Shown: in pieces, positions 9,177 to 21,600 of the stretch | Numbering within the stretch: position 1 is the first letter of the stretch | Layout of the letters: each line of letters begins with the position of its first letter | Assembly (NCBI GenBank): GCA_040954595.2 | Contig: CM082586.2 | Location: 5,814,509 to 5,878,508 of the forward strand | DNA from: Balanoglossus misakiensis | Lineage: Eukaryota > Animalia > Hemichordata | DNA: 64,000 bases | Reading direction: 5' to 3' | Notes under the pieces: generated by a model | What the model saw: the letters and a program-made list of their open reading frames with translations, nothing else | The model's database searches: none | What the model was told of the DNA's origin: nothing | Translations under genes and position numbers: made by a program

Positions 9177-12100
9177 TCACGTTATGGTCTTTGGTTGTGT
9201 GGTGGCGGTCATCTCGTGTTCATGGGTTGGCTTCTCTGTGGAACAACACGTGCATTTACACAGTGATCGTGTTTTCTTTATCTGTTCGTCCAGCGGTTTC
9301 AGTGAGTGCATCCACAGCGGGAGGGCGTCCCAGCTCTTCAGTCTTTTAGGCAGACACCGTGGGGCTTTACTTTGCAAGACATTGATGACGACGATCACTG
9401 TGACGACGAGAAGAATCGGCACGCAGACTGCGACCAGGTACTGCCAGCCGGCGAGCGACAGGGCGAACACGGCGCCGGGCAGGAGGAAGAAGACGATGAC
9501 CAGGTAGAAGATGGCGAACCAGCGGTACTTCGCCGTCGTGTTGCCTAGCTTCTTAGCCATCCCGATGGGGACTCGTCGGAGTAACGGAATGGGATACCAG
9601 AGTAGTATCCCGGAGATGTTGAAAAACAGGTGGCAGAGCGCTATCTGAAGCCCCTCCAGGAAATCCGTCGCGTCCGCGCTGGCCAGCGCCGCTAGAAGCC
9701 CCGTCACGGTCGTGCCGATGTTGGCGCCGAGGGTCAGCGGGTACGCCCGTTCCAGCGAGACGACCCCGACGCCGATGAGCGGGGTCAAAGTGGACGTGAA
9801 TATGGAGCTGCTCTGCACCAGTATCGTTAGACCGGCGCCCACAAGAATGGCCAGGTAACCAGTGAGAAAGGACAACTTTCCGGGGAAGTCCGCGTTCACC
9901 ACCTTCTTGACGATCTTGGCCACGCTGCCCTTCAACATGGACTGCAGTAATTTGACGATCAATATGAGACAGATGATCATAATAGCCAGCGATATGCCCA
10001 ACAAAATCACGCCGATTATTGCGTCATCTAGATACGACGAAGCGAAGAGGTGATTGCCTGTATGTAAAAAGAAAAACAGACCAAAAAACCGTGATTAATA
10101 GGCAAGTTTCAGTTCAATTAATCCTCTCTCCTTTAGCTCTGAAGTCACGTGACTAGTGTGATATTTTCCGCTGTATTTTCGGGTTAGCATTTATCGGCAA
10201 AATCAAAGGCTTGCATTGGGGGATTCAGAAGAAGTATAGACAAGCGTGATATCAACTTCAAGGTTAAGTGTTTAACCGATGTTCACGGGTGTTCGCCGAG
10301 TTAAAACGTTGTCTGCATCTACAGTAATTTTACAGTTCACTAAACTGGATTACTTACAGCGAGTTATATAGTTCGTGTAATTTTTGACCTCTTCTACAAC
10401 TGTCACATTTGTGCCATTAATTGTCTTGGTCACGTTTGCGTCCATGTACACGTCTTGCTTTTCGCACCATCTTTTCACCAGACTCGCATCGCCGGCGTTT
10501 ATTTCGCCCAGGGCGATTTTGCTGATGATACTTTTGTCCAGCTGAAAGATATTAACAACACGAGTGGAAACGTCACAACCACGTTTTCATGCATATTCGA
10601 GCAATTTTCGACTTTGTTGCCACATGGGAAGTAAGCAATCGTTCAAAGATCCATGAACTCCCTTACTGTACAGGTTATCATAGACTGATCTGTTACATTT
10701 TCATGTGCGCATGCATATACAAACATGCTTTCGGCCGGTGCTTCCATGTTATGGCTATGGGTATGTTATACTTTGGGTTCTGACAATAGGCATCTGGGGT
10801 TCATACAATGCGTAATATACTGCATCTTTGCAACTCTTCATAATATATGTATGCAAATGTAACCGTCAAAAGAGCAACCTTGCATCTTTAAAGTTTACCT
10901 GGATGATTAACTTGGTAAAGGGCTTTGTGATAACTTTCAAGAAATCCACGTCTAAACTCTCGTTCCCGTCGCCATCGGAGAGACCGACAATATGACTCGT
11001 CAGACGATACAGATATGCGGTCGCTATCTCCAACGGCAGTAAGACGATCACCGAGAGCCAATTGAAACAGTCGTGGACGGTGGCTCCAGCGAAAGCTCGG
11101 CGAAACTGATTTCGGTCGCCCGCCTGTCCGAGGGAGACGATGGTGTTGGTCACAGAGGTGCCGATGTTCGCCCCCATCACCATGGGAATGGCTTGTTGTA
11201 CACCCAGTACTGGAACAGTCAAAGATAACTTGGTGATGTTTTTTTAATGAGGAAATATGAAACATATCTTTTCGTGGTTTACTGGCTTTTACCTATCCAA
11301 AAGGGAAAGATCGTATTATGATACAACACGCTTCCGAAGAAATGGAACAGTAAATAGTTACAAACTGGTTTAACGGACCGACTGGCTGCCTGGCTGGCTG
11401 TCTATCTTAAAGAGCCATACAGGTCCATTGAACAGCATTTATTACCATATGCACTGGTAAAACCCAGTTTCAAAGACTAAGACACATATCGAAGAATTCA
11501 CTTACTGTCTGCCGCTACCATGGTAACGATCAGTGACGTAGATGTGCTTGAACTCTGCACCAGGACAGTAACCAGGACACCGATCATCAAACCAGCGAAA
11601 GGGTTGTTCAGAATGTCGTTGTCAGAGATGGCTTCACCTGCGGCCGTACCCCCTAGGAGAGTGAACGCCGATCCCATCACATCCAATGAACAGATGAATA
11701 GGTAGAGAAGACCGGTGAGGGCGCACAGCTTTGCGAAGCCAATCGCGAACCTTCGGCATTTTCCGAGGAGGCTGAGCTCTGAAGAAAATGATACGAAGAA
11801 CAAGGCAAAATCAGAATCTAGATTTTATTTTTGCAGTTTATTTTTTAACAGCAGAGTAGTTAAGTTAGTGCGTTCAACATTTTCGTCTCTGTCCTCTGAT
11901 GTAACCTTTGAACATTGTTTATACCTGCCCAGGTTTTCCCTGTGTAGGGCACTTCTTCGTTTATGACGTCATACGGGTCTGTGACAATCAGATCACTTTT
12001 GAGGCTGGTGACGTCTAGTACGACATCGACGTGTGCCGGCAGATCGTCATACTTTGGCGGTAAATCGCCGTCGTCAAATCCTTCCGCGCCGCCGTGGTCT

Positions 12101-12195
12101 TTAAGGCTTTTCTTGGTCGGTGTTCTGTCGCAGTCTTCCTCGTCACTTAAGTCCACCTGTGCCGCATGGTTGACATAGGCAAATCCGAGATCCAT
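9177..12195 (-). CDS. slc34a: Sodium-dependent phosphate cotransporter, SLC34/NaPi-II family (about 639 aa)
   Basis: Exons 12195-11925, 11778-11506, 11209-10899, 10541-10358 and 10057-9177; all introns GT-AG, phases consistent, total 1920 nt. Two QSSS signature repeats, two GANIGT motifs, [15 protein letters not shown], an N-glycosylated Cys-bounded extracellular loop and a C-terminal Cys cluster (CKCTCC). Confidence 0.95.
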
Positions 12196-14519
12196 TGTTC
12201 CAGACTGTATCTGAATGATTCAAGTAAAATAGTGCGTCACACTAACGATGCCAAGGGGTAGATACTAACCAGCAAGATAATTTGCGGATAAATGTAAAGA
12301 TTTTTTTCTCGTTTCTATAAAACTGTTGGTGCTGTTTTCAGTTATCGTCAGAGAATCGTAGGACACCGACCTTTTATGCTTGGTATTGTTAAGAATTTCG
12401 GCATTGCTCCGCTAAATTAAAGCGCGGACAATCAAGGCATACTGGGGATAGGGCGTGGCGTGGTGCTGGGCGTTCAGTATGCCTACATATCTCGCGTGAT
12501 TGTTGCCACTTAGATAAGCCATTGCATAAGGGTGTTCATAGAGAGTATTATGCTACTCTCTCGTGGTTTGTTGTACGGCGATGACTAAATACAGTACGTG
12601 ACATTTCCTTCAACTGTGACTATGGTCGTCAATTTCGAGGAATTCCTGGTAATGTCAGTGGGCGTATTCTGTACCCAGCGACTGGGGCGAGTGCAAGCAG
12701 AAGCGTTTGATACATCTGTGCCACTGACCGACAGGTGAACTATGTGTCAAGTGCGCTGCAATAAAGATAGAGTGTTTGCTTTCCAAACAGTTATCGCTAC
12801 TGGCTGACCGTTGAACGGAGGAGCAAAGTTTTTCCGAGGAGCATTTTATTTGAGTATTTTGACGATGTTGTCTACTTTATTTTGTGCGATTATGGTAGTT
12901 GTCTATTTTTTAATATTTATCGACTGTTATTTTTTGGCATTTGTTAGTCTTACGGTAATTCATACTTTTATTTCACTGCACGTAAATGCTCATGTGTCTG
13001 TTGACCTTGGGGAAAGTTGGGTCACGAAAGGGCGCTAACCAAGCTTACACATCATTGTGTGGACTATTAGCAACAGTATAATGTCATTCACAAATTGTTG
13101 ACTGGTGCAATAAATCAAACAAAAAGTTGAAATCACGCGATATGTGTGACCAATGTTCTTCAGTGCAAGTTTGCATAGAAAGATAAAATTCGCGCCATTT
13201 TCTGACAAGGTTGTCAAAGAGTTGAGAGTCGCCAGTTCTTCCCATCTGAGTTGGATGAGATTCATTTGCTGTGCGTGAGTTCTAGAACTTTTCACTCTTC
13301 TGGCAATTTTCTTCAAAGTCCAAACCCATTTTAAATTTTTAAAAAAATGAACGGCTTAATTTGTGAAATTAACAGTTAGAACATTTTACAGTCAAATCGT
13401 TTTACAATTAAAAATTGTGTATTTAGGCCTACTAATTTGTCGCCTTATGATATGGTTTGCATTGCCTCAAATCGCATAAATGAAAATTAACAGCGGTAGC
13501 CGTCAACGTGTCTTGAGACCCCGTAGGTACGAGTCACCCGTGCTTGACTGGTTTGGACTGGATGTGAAAACATGATGTGTCCACGTGGGTATCCCATGAT
13601 GGCCACGGGTCCGTCAGTGGGGAGGTTGACTCTGTCTTTCCCACCGAAGTCTTTTATCATAGTTCACGCCAGTAAAGTGAAGTTGTCTTTAGTATCTAGC
13701 GCAAAGAGTCGAACCATTTGATATAAGCGAACGACGCTTGAGATTTTCGAGAAAAATGAAATAAGTTGATACCAGCCAACTGTAAAACTGGTGATCACCA
13801 ACTGTGACTGAAAGAAATGAATTTCTAAGCATGTGTTTCCACTGGCAAGGGTGCGAAGGCGACAGAAAGCTTCACTAACGCTCGTGAAGTTTTACTACAA
13901 CGGGGACACGAAGCCATGTCCCAAAGTATGCAACCACCGTCGCCGGCATGAACATTGGGACTGGTCGTAGAAAATTATATCAGCGCTGTAATATCATCAC
14001 GGATCTTCCATTTCCACACGAGTTCCTTAATATTAACTGCTGCATGGCCTTACAATGTGACAAACGTCAAAAAGCGTGACACACACAAACATATACTTAT
14101 TCAACAGGTGGTCGTGAATGTATTCTGTATATAATAACTCAACTAATACGTTTTACTGCGAAAAATTGATATTCTGTCAAATCTCAGACAAGGAAGTCTG
14201 ATAGTCAGTGTACTAAAAATAGAGAACACATGCGTGTTAAAAGTGTAGGAAGATCCTGGTCGAAGTTTGTGTCCGGGTGGTTATTCGTGCTTGATGTAAA
14301 CATACATGAACATAGGTAACATATGATAGTTTCTCTAGATTCAGTACTCATGATTTCTGCTCATCTGGTTTTCCTGACTCATCGCACACCCCGCGATACC
14401 GCTTTGGCATAACCGTACTTTTCGTTTAAATATTCAAAAGCTCGGAAAAGAAATATTATATTTGCAGATTTCAAAGTAATAAGAACACGTTTCAGGGTGA
14501 ATTTCACTTCACTACTTAC

Positions 14520-14690
14520 CGGGAGAACAGTTTCTTCAGACAATCAAGTACTGGTGCGCAGCAGCTGGTGTCCTGTGGACTGTTTCAGGTCGACTCGACC
14601 GTCGAAAGAGAATAACCGCACCTCTATCTGCGAGTGAAGTTTTCTTTTTTATTGGGCGACAAGACGCGTGGTCATTATTCATATATAGAT
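14520..14690 (-). promoter_or_regulatory. Possible 5' UTR exon and TATA-like promoter of the SLC34 gene
   Basis: Strong G|GTAAGT donor at 14520/14519 on the minus strand and a TATATA element near 14682-14687. The start-codon exon has an acceptor near 12209, so a non-coding first exon is expected. Inference only. Confidence 0.3.
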
Positions 14691-17600
14691 GTATGGTGGC
14701 AATAAAACAGACATGTTGGGGGAGGGGCTTGAGTGACAGATATTCCTACAAGCCCTTAACGCGAAGAGTGTCTTCCGAGGCAGAAACAGTAAGATTTATT
14801 TGCTGAATTGAAGTGACTCAACCCTGGAAGTCTACATTTTAAAATGTGCTTTTGCGACAAATACTTACAAAAACTTACAAAACCGCGATGCAAAATTTGG
14901 AAGACCGGCTTAGACTTAGTGAATGGTATAGACTAGACGACGGCCGCGACCACACGTGAACAACACATGAAGCCCACATTGCCGCCACACACTACCATAA
15001 TTACGCCACGATTCCGGATACAGTGTGTCCCGAGTCAACATGGACTATGGCGTTACACTTGAAGGAGTCACTCATTCGGCGTTTTTAAAGTCGTGACCAA
15101 AGACAACTTCCCGTTAAAGTCCCCCACAAACGTATATTGTTAATCTACAATGTATATGTCTACTTGATCTAATCATCTAGAGACACTGATTTCATATAGA
15201 CGCACTGTAAAACAGCGATTTGACAGATGCACCGAAAGGTATGATGGTAATGAGTTTAATCACGGTGTGTGGAGTGACCGTGCTTTAATGGTTATTGCTC
15301 ATTTGCACAGTTCCGTCTGCAACTACCGTTAACATATTCAGCTCAAGCCTTAATGTCGTCATGGTTTGCATGAAAAGTATTTGTGTGTTCAAATTCTTCG
15401 GTCCTAATGCTACCTGAAATCTCACAAACACTATACCTCAGAGAGGTAGCGGTCGCAGATTTGATACATTTGCATGGCAAGCTGCCCATAATTGATACAT
15501 CCCTGTATATCAAGGGGATTATTGGCCATTGTGTAACGTTGCCATATATCTTCACTTGTTGTTGCCAAACTGAACAAAATATACGGTTACAATATTAATA
15601 TATGAACTCATTAAGTTGAGGAATGCGACGTTGATCACTCCATGTCTACTTGATGTCGCCAAGAATATATAGTGTTTAATAATAGATAGCGACACTATCT
15701 GGTGACCATAAATTTTATTTCGTGATCGTTCCATTGTGAAGTACACTAGTCTTAAAGCATATTGTAATGTGACATTGTCAAGGTGACCTACACTATAAGA
15801 AAGTTACGGCACCGGTATTTTTTATTTATTTAGTGAATTTTATCATTTGAATGCCTCTTGTGGTGAGTAAACACTCCAGAACCTTGCACAAACTGTGTTT
15901 ATTTAGATATAAATCCGTCTATCCTGCAGGAAAATGTATTTGAAGGTCATGGTGACCTTTCTGTTTGCCGCATTGCGAATTCGAAATCTTCAAAATTCTC
16001 GTTTTTTTGCATTAAACCCTGCCCTGTTTGGTTTGACATTGAGAGGTTGTCAATATCCATTTATATATTACTAAAGAACTTCTAACAACTGCTAATTTTG
16101 GTACTTTTGTACAAGACTTGCTTTTAGTAGACAACCTACATGACGGACAGTCGCTGAACCAATTTGATTGACACTGTCGAGTGTCAATAACTTCACTCAG
16201 TGGTGTCCAACTTGTACGACTAAAACATATCAACTCATCGATAATTAGGACACTAATTACTTCTCTTGTCAATCAACTGTCGTAATTATCATGATATATA
16301 GTGACATAATTCCATTGTATTACAATCAAACTTGTCGCACGACAGGAGTTATGGTAAATCATATTGATTAAAATAATTTATACCATGGTAATTACGAAAT
16401 CAAGTATTTGGGAATGCATTTCATTTTATAAGATTCGTAATGATTCATGCGAAATCGATTATGCCACTTGTGTTTAATCTCTTAATGATTGTGGAGGCTA
16501 CGTAACGTCAAGATGTTGAGTGACACTTTACAAGGACGAAACATGATTGATTTGTTTTTGATTTCCCTGGCGCCAATGGTGCACGAGACCATCGTTGATT
16601 TGACCATGATAACTGCACGCAAAATTAACCCCTAAAAAGAACAAAAATTTGGGGTCCGACTGTGAGACTGAAAATGAAGTTCGCGTGATAAGTAAATTTT
16701 CCTATTGAGCGGTCTAGTATACATTAGTACGTGGCAAGTTGTTTAAACGTCCATGCTTGCTGTACGTGCAACCCATCCGACCAAAGAGAGACCTACCTCG
16801 ATGAAACAATGAAAGAAGAAAGTTCAAACGGCGTATAAATCGCTCACCGTCCGTCGCCAATCTGTCTCCAATAGATGAAAGATTGAATTCTTGCCAGATA
16901 CCATTCATCCAACTTACTGTCATCATTTGAGATAACAAAGTACAAGATTAGATTTTACTACCCTTTCTTTTATATTCAAATCAAAACACAGGTGCAAAGT
17001 TCCGGTAATAAACCCAGTTGGTACAAATTTTCCAATATTGTTTCTATCACCTGTGAAACGTTGGCACGATCACAGACAATGGAATTGGGATAAAGCCAAA
17101 TAATGTCAACGACCTACAGTTAGTAATTTCAAAAGTCACTCGTACATACAGAATGTCACAAATTACGATTCTGTATTTCGTAGAGCAGTAATGAAACTTG
17201 AAATGCACGATGTGCCGAAGAAAAGTCTTTCTACTAGATTACGTAACCACGTGTAAGGCACTATCGTGGGATTGTTCGACCTATCTGACAGCAAAAGTGC
17301 ATTTACCCTAGGATCAAGGCAAATTCTGAAACTGTCGTCGTTGTTGTCACGTTATTTTGGGAATTTCTCTCATATCCTTTGTATTTTTCATTCATATGAA
17401 TAACAACACATTGTAGTACAAAAAATACTTGACTTTTATAAAAGCTTGCAGTTGACGATTTCGGTGTGCAGCGGAATTTAAAAACACACCCAATAAAATA
17501 CAACACAGCGTAATGAAATTTTAACGTACAAAAATTAACTAACCAAAACCACTGGATGGGCCTCCATTGTTGAATATAGTGTTTTTAATTCACGTTTGCT

Positions 17601-18665
17601 AAACTATCTCTTACCGAATTTTACCCATTTCGTCATACCTTCGCATATAGGGTTTCCATGGCAACATTGTCAAAACGTTTCTGTTTTCTGAAGTTTCCAT
17701 ATTACCCTTATAATCTGCAGTCGATCGTTTTCCGTCAACATTTGACATCGGTCATAATTAGGCTTGGTGAATTTCATATGTAAATACAGTAAATTTATTT
17801 AAAACGCAATGCATAGAATTCTTTTTTGTGTGTGAAATGACCTTAAGCATTATCAAATGATTAAAACTTTAGTGTCTCCGTTGTTATTGCCACACGAATA
17901 AACATGGTCTGTACTTGTTAAATTTCCCCCAAACAAAGTTGAAAACAACACTTGTTCATTCTTATCTTCATTATCGCACCCAGGCTGTGGCTGAAAAGCC
18001 TTGTTATCGGGAGAACTACGGAACTACACCAGGAGTCGTAATGTTTAATTGTTGAGTAGGTCTTTACTCATCCAAGCTAAGCTAGAGGAACTTATTACTG
18101 CTTGTTACAGTGACGAAGCACGTCCTGGTATGGGTATTTCGGAATTATTGTCCTCGCATGAACTGTGAAAATACTGTCGTTGGCAATATCCTAAATAAAC
18201 TACGCGCGTGCTAAAAATCACAGACAGGGTAGCTTTAATCGACTTCTGTGTCTTGGTCACAGCGCCGCCACTGGTCGAGAACAGCGCTGCCTGTTCCTTC
18301 GGTCGGCTCTCATAGCTTCAAGTGTGGAACCAGCGCAAGAGGTTAGCAAACCCGTTCAGCTCGTAGTCTAGCAAGTGACTTTGAAACGCCGCAAATGGTC
18401 CGTCTAATGGTTCTCTGTGCTGTCCCTGGAGTCGAGTGACGTACCCGTGTGATGTAAGGATGGCGAGACGAACAAATGCGTGTAATTTAGTGTGGTAGAT
18501 TCAGCATGTCCTCATCGACTGCGTGTCCAATGTATTGCCATTGTTTTCGTGCCTACGCTCTCAGCGCTTCTCAGACTGCCGGCCACGTGGATGCGTATGA
18601 CACCTGTTAGGGCTGGCCACGATGCAGGCTAAGGCGGTCACGTGTCTACACAAGAAGACGGGTCA

Positions 18666-21600
18666 TCACAGCATGAAGAGAATCGCCAGACTCGCAACAA
18701 AACCAGGTAACGTGGCTGTGGTTGACACCGCCGAGACATTTGATGTGACATCACAATTCTCCTTGTTTGGCACTGCAAATGAACGGAATACGAATGCATT
18801 AGTTGGTAGTTCCGTAGCACATTCTGAAATGTTTTCGGGGAACAAAAGAGGATTTAATTCTCCATCAACATAAATTTGATGAATAATCCGATCCTAGTAA
18901 TTTACCTTTGTGCAAAATAATTGCGTTCTGTAGTCTTTGGTCTGTGGTCCTCGCAGGTAGCGTTTTGCATTGAAATTCTTGTATTGTTCCCTTTACAACG
19001 CCATTTGCATACTGCGTGTAAGCCTATCGGTGTTAAAAGTATGTTGTTATCAAAATTTAGTTTAAACGATGGTTTTGATCTCTTTCTTTTCTATCAGCGT
19101 CTGCTTTAAATGAGAACATTTCGATTTGGATACACCATGCACCATGTGCCAAGCACAAGAACCCTTCTTACAAACCCGTCAAAGAGCACCTTACATCTTC
19201 GAAAGGTTAGTACAATTACGTGTGGATATATTTCTAATAAGGCCGGCGATCGTCTCATGCGCATGTGCGTTATATCGTGTTCCCAAACCTTAGACCAATC
19301 CAAACGTTCTGCAAATTTTAGGATCGACGCATTCATATAGTAGACTGCCTTCACATCCTACCATAGGTACTTGTAAACGTTCTCAACAAATGATCCCTAA
19401 ACAAAGAGGCTACTTACGTAGCAAAAGTGGTCATTGCTGCCGATACTCTGTGTACCTTCCTTAGAAAGGAGTAAATAATTGACGCCCATGATCCCCTCCC
19501 AGGATGCAATGCATTTGTAAATGTGAGATCCGTCAGAATCTGTGAATAAGAATAGGGTTCGTGACAGGCTAATTGTCAGAAAAATAGAAAATAAATTCGT
19601 GACGAAATTCAAGCTTATATGAAAAATGAGGCAGGGCATTGATGTCATCTTAAATTGTGATATAAAATTAAGTCTTCGTTCGTAACTTTGAGCAAAGTTT
19701 TAAGGCTGTGTTTTTCCAAGTTCAAACTACATTAAATGGGCGTGGTGGGAAATACTACCTGAGCTTGGCGGGCTTCTGCAACGATTCCTATCTTCGAGTG
19801 TGTCGTATGGATATTTGCATGCTTCGAGGGTAGAGTTCCCGGATGTGCACCCATAGTTCCATTGGTGGCGCCCAATGAACGGACACTGCACAGAGTGTAC
19901 TTCCTGGGCTGTCATATGTAAAGTACAAACAGTTCTTGTGTTTTGAGGTAGTTCTTGAAAATATGGTCATTTAAAGAAATGATACGCATAAGACGATGTG
20001 TGTTGGTTAAGTGGCTGGTTTAGTGGCTGGTTATGTGCAGTGCTATTGGCATAAATTGAACATAGTCCATTCCTTCCCGTTCAGAAATATTTCTTAAAGC
20101 AGACCAAGATGCTGTACTCACCATAGTACGTGCCAATGGCGCCCTCTTCTGGTGGACTAGGAAACATATTCAGTGAGTCCGGGCAACTTGACACTGTTGG
20201 CTTTTTAAATGGTTCGGAAGGGGACAGTTGTGAGATGTTGGCTGAAACAGAATAGAGGACAGGACTGACGTCACCGAGATGAGCAGAATGGTGACATTCA
20301 AATGATTTCCCCTTTAACGTGCCTGCAAATTCCTTGCTAGACTCTAAGCAGTCGCTGTGCCTATGGAACTTTCGGAACTGCGTCAGCGTACGTGTGATTA
20401 GCGTCGCGTCCTGTTCTATACGCAACGCGGACGCGCATTTCTTTTTCAGTATCACACAGTCTTGGAGCAAGACTAATTCCTTGCGTGTATGAGCTTATAT
20501 AACGAATTCCCACATTTCAAAAGATTCTTATATATCAGCTTCACGAATTACAGCAGCCGTATTTATTCGTGGAAATTTCCTCATTGCTTTTATAACGTGC
20601 GCCACGACGCATGTCAAACTTTAACAAGCTTGAATTCAGGATAGAAGAGACGTCAGGAAATGTTCCTCGGGGGGATATAGGCAAAATATGCCGTAGATCT
20701 CACGTCGGATTCTGCTCTCTATATTCAAATCCGAAGAGGCCTTGAACAGCTTGTATTGTTGCGAGCTGAATCCGTTAACACCGTGGCTATAAATATAAAC
20801 GTCTGATAAAATTGAATGCTACAATATCACAGGCCGACTAATTGAATTCAAATACGCTCACATTTCTGACAAAGTCCGACACTACAAATATCGTTTGTCG
20901 GCGAGGAGGCGGTATTATCAAAACCGTACGATACGCATCAAAGAAATTTACCAAACCATGCGGTGCACCAATGAAAACATGTTTTTCAAACGCGTACGTA
21001 TTTTGTAGCGTGCTATGTATTCTTCTATTCTTTCTTACCCATTTTGCCATAAACCAGCAAAACATTTCGGTTGACCCTGATATATGACCAACAGAGGTAA
21101 CCAATAAATATTAATCTGTAGAGAAAAAATATTCAGGATGTTAAGGAGTAATGAGTCATATGACATCTAAAAGCATCTAAGAAAGAAAGTGTAAGTAAGA
21201 AAGCTACCACTACAGTAAATTTTCGACTTTTCTCCCACAATGCAATCTGTCCATGATGTGATTTAACTTGTGACCCCCCAGCATGAAGTAAATTTCTATT
21301 TAAGGTAGGAAGAATTGGAGTGCATGATAGACGAGTTTAATAGCGTGAACGTGGGATTAAGAACACACCCATCAATCATAGTTGGCGCCGAAAGCAAGTA
21401 CGTGTTGTCTTGTCTTTGGACGCAGTCTGCGATGACGACTTGGTTCTGGCCGTTACTATGGGAACCGGACTCGTTGTACGATCTCTGAGCTATGGTCAGT
21501 ATTGTCCGCTCGCCGAACCACGTGCCTCGGATTTCTGGTGGAAAGTCACATGACGAATCTGAGGTAGGAGAGATACAGAAACAGACAGACAGACAGACAG

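Noticed and set aside
19195-19288. Alternative exon of the orphan gene
   Set aside because: Splicing it to either downstream exon gives a premature stop.
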